From assembly GCF_036365525.1 (NCBI RefSeq), contig NC_090373.1, positions 48,876,600-48,940,599 of the forward strand: a stretch of 64,000 bases of DNA, in the 5' to 3' direction. Below, in pieces: positions 63,342 through 64,000 of the stretch. Every line of letters starts with the position of its first letter. The first letter of the stretch is position 1. The DNA comes from Heterodontus francisci (Eukaryota). Below the pieces are notes generated by a model. It was given only the letters and a program-made list of their open reading frames with translations. It ran no database searches and had not been told where the DNA came from. The position numbers and the translations under genes were made by a program.

Positions 63342-64000
63342 CAGTTAGAGCACAGAAGGAGGCCATTCAGCCTGTTATATCTGTGTCGGCTCTCTTCAAG
63401 AGCAACTTAGCTTGTCCTACTGCCCCACCTTTTCCTTGTATCCCTGCATTTTTTTTTCTCCAGATAATTGTCCAATTCTCTTTTGAATGCCTCGATTGAA
63501 TCTGCCTCCACCATACTATCAGGCAATGCATTCCAGGTCCTAAGCATTTGCTGCATAAAAAAGATTTTCTCATGTTGCCGTTGCTTCTTTTACCAATAAC
63601 CTTAAGTTGGTGTACTCAGCCCTTCTGCCAATGGAAACAGTTTCTCCCTATCTCCTCTGTCCAGACTCCTCATGATCTTGAACACTGCTATCAAATTGCC
63701 TCTTCATCTTCTTTTCTCTAAGGAGAACAGCCCCAACTCTCCAACCTATCCATGTAACTGATGTTCCTCAACCCTGCAACCATTCCTGTAAATCTTTTCT
63801 GCAAATCTCTAGTGCCTTCACATCCTTCCTAAAGTGTGGTGCCCTGAATTGAACATCATATCCTGTTAAGGCCAAATCAGTGTTTTATGAAGGTTCATCA
63901 TAACTTCCTTGCTTTTATACTCCAGGCCCCTATTTATAAAGCCCAGGATCCCATATGCTTCATTAGCCACTTTCTCAACCTGCCCTGCTACCTTCAATGA
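63342..64000 (-). mobile_element. CR1 3' fragment running off the window end
   Basis: Collinear with 33474-34115, with the CR1 tail cacagaaggaggccattcagcc. Confidence 0.85.

Overview
This is eukaryotic, repeat-dense DNA, most likely from a shark or other elasmobranch: it carries HE1-type tRNA SINEs, Deu-domain SINEs and the CR1/HER1 LINE families typical of cartilaginous fish. I could not identify any host protein-coding gene, so the window reads as intergenic or deep-intronic. Almost all ORF-track hits are transposon remnants or simple-repeat artefacts. The main elements are: a near full-length CR1 LINE with an intact zinc-finger/leucine-zipper/SGNH-esterase ORF1; many CR1, L2 and RTE fragments; and a two-gene PIF/Harbinger element (Myb-like plus transposase) interrupted by an internally deleted Gmr1-like Gypsy element. 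There is also a decayed LTR retroelement hosting three nested insertions, a solo LTR, several hAT and Harbinger MITEs with visible TIRs and TSDs, a probable Merlin relic, and two Penelope ends carrying hammerhead-ribozyme cores. The most unusual structures are a ~370-bp fold-back palindrome with a LINE inserted exactly in its 2-nt loop, and two related ~1.45-kb GGGGAGAGGTAGC(GAT)n minisatellite arrays either side of it, one homogenised and one decayed. I found no clearly novel protein-coding system. Coordinates of decayed elements are approximate, and family names come from motif recognition, not database searches.
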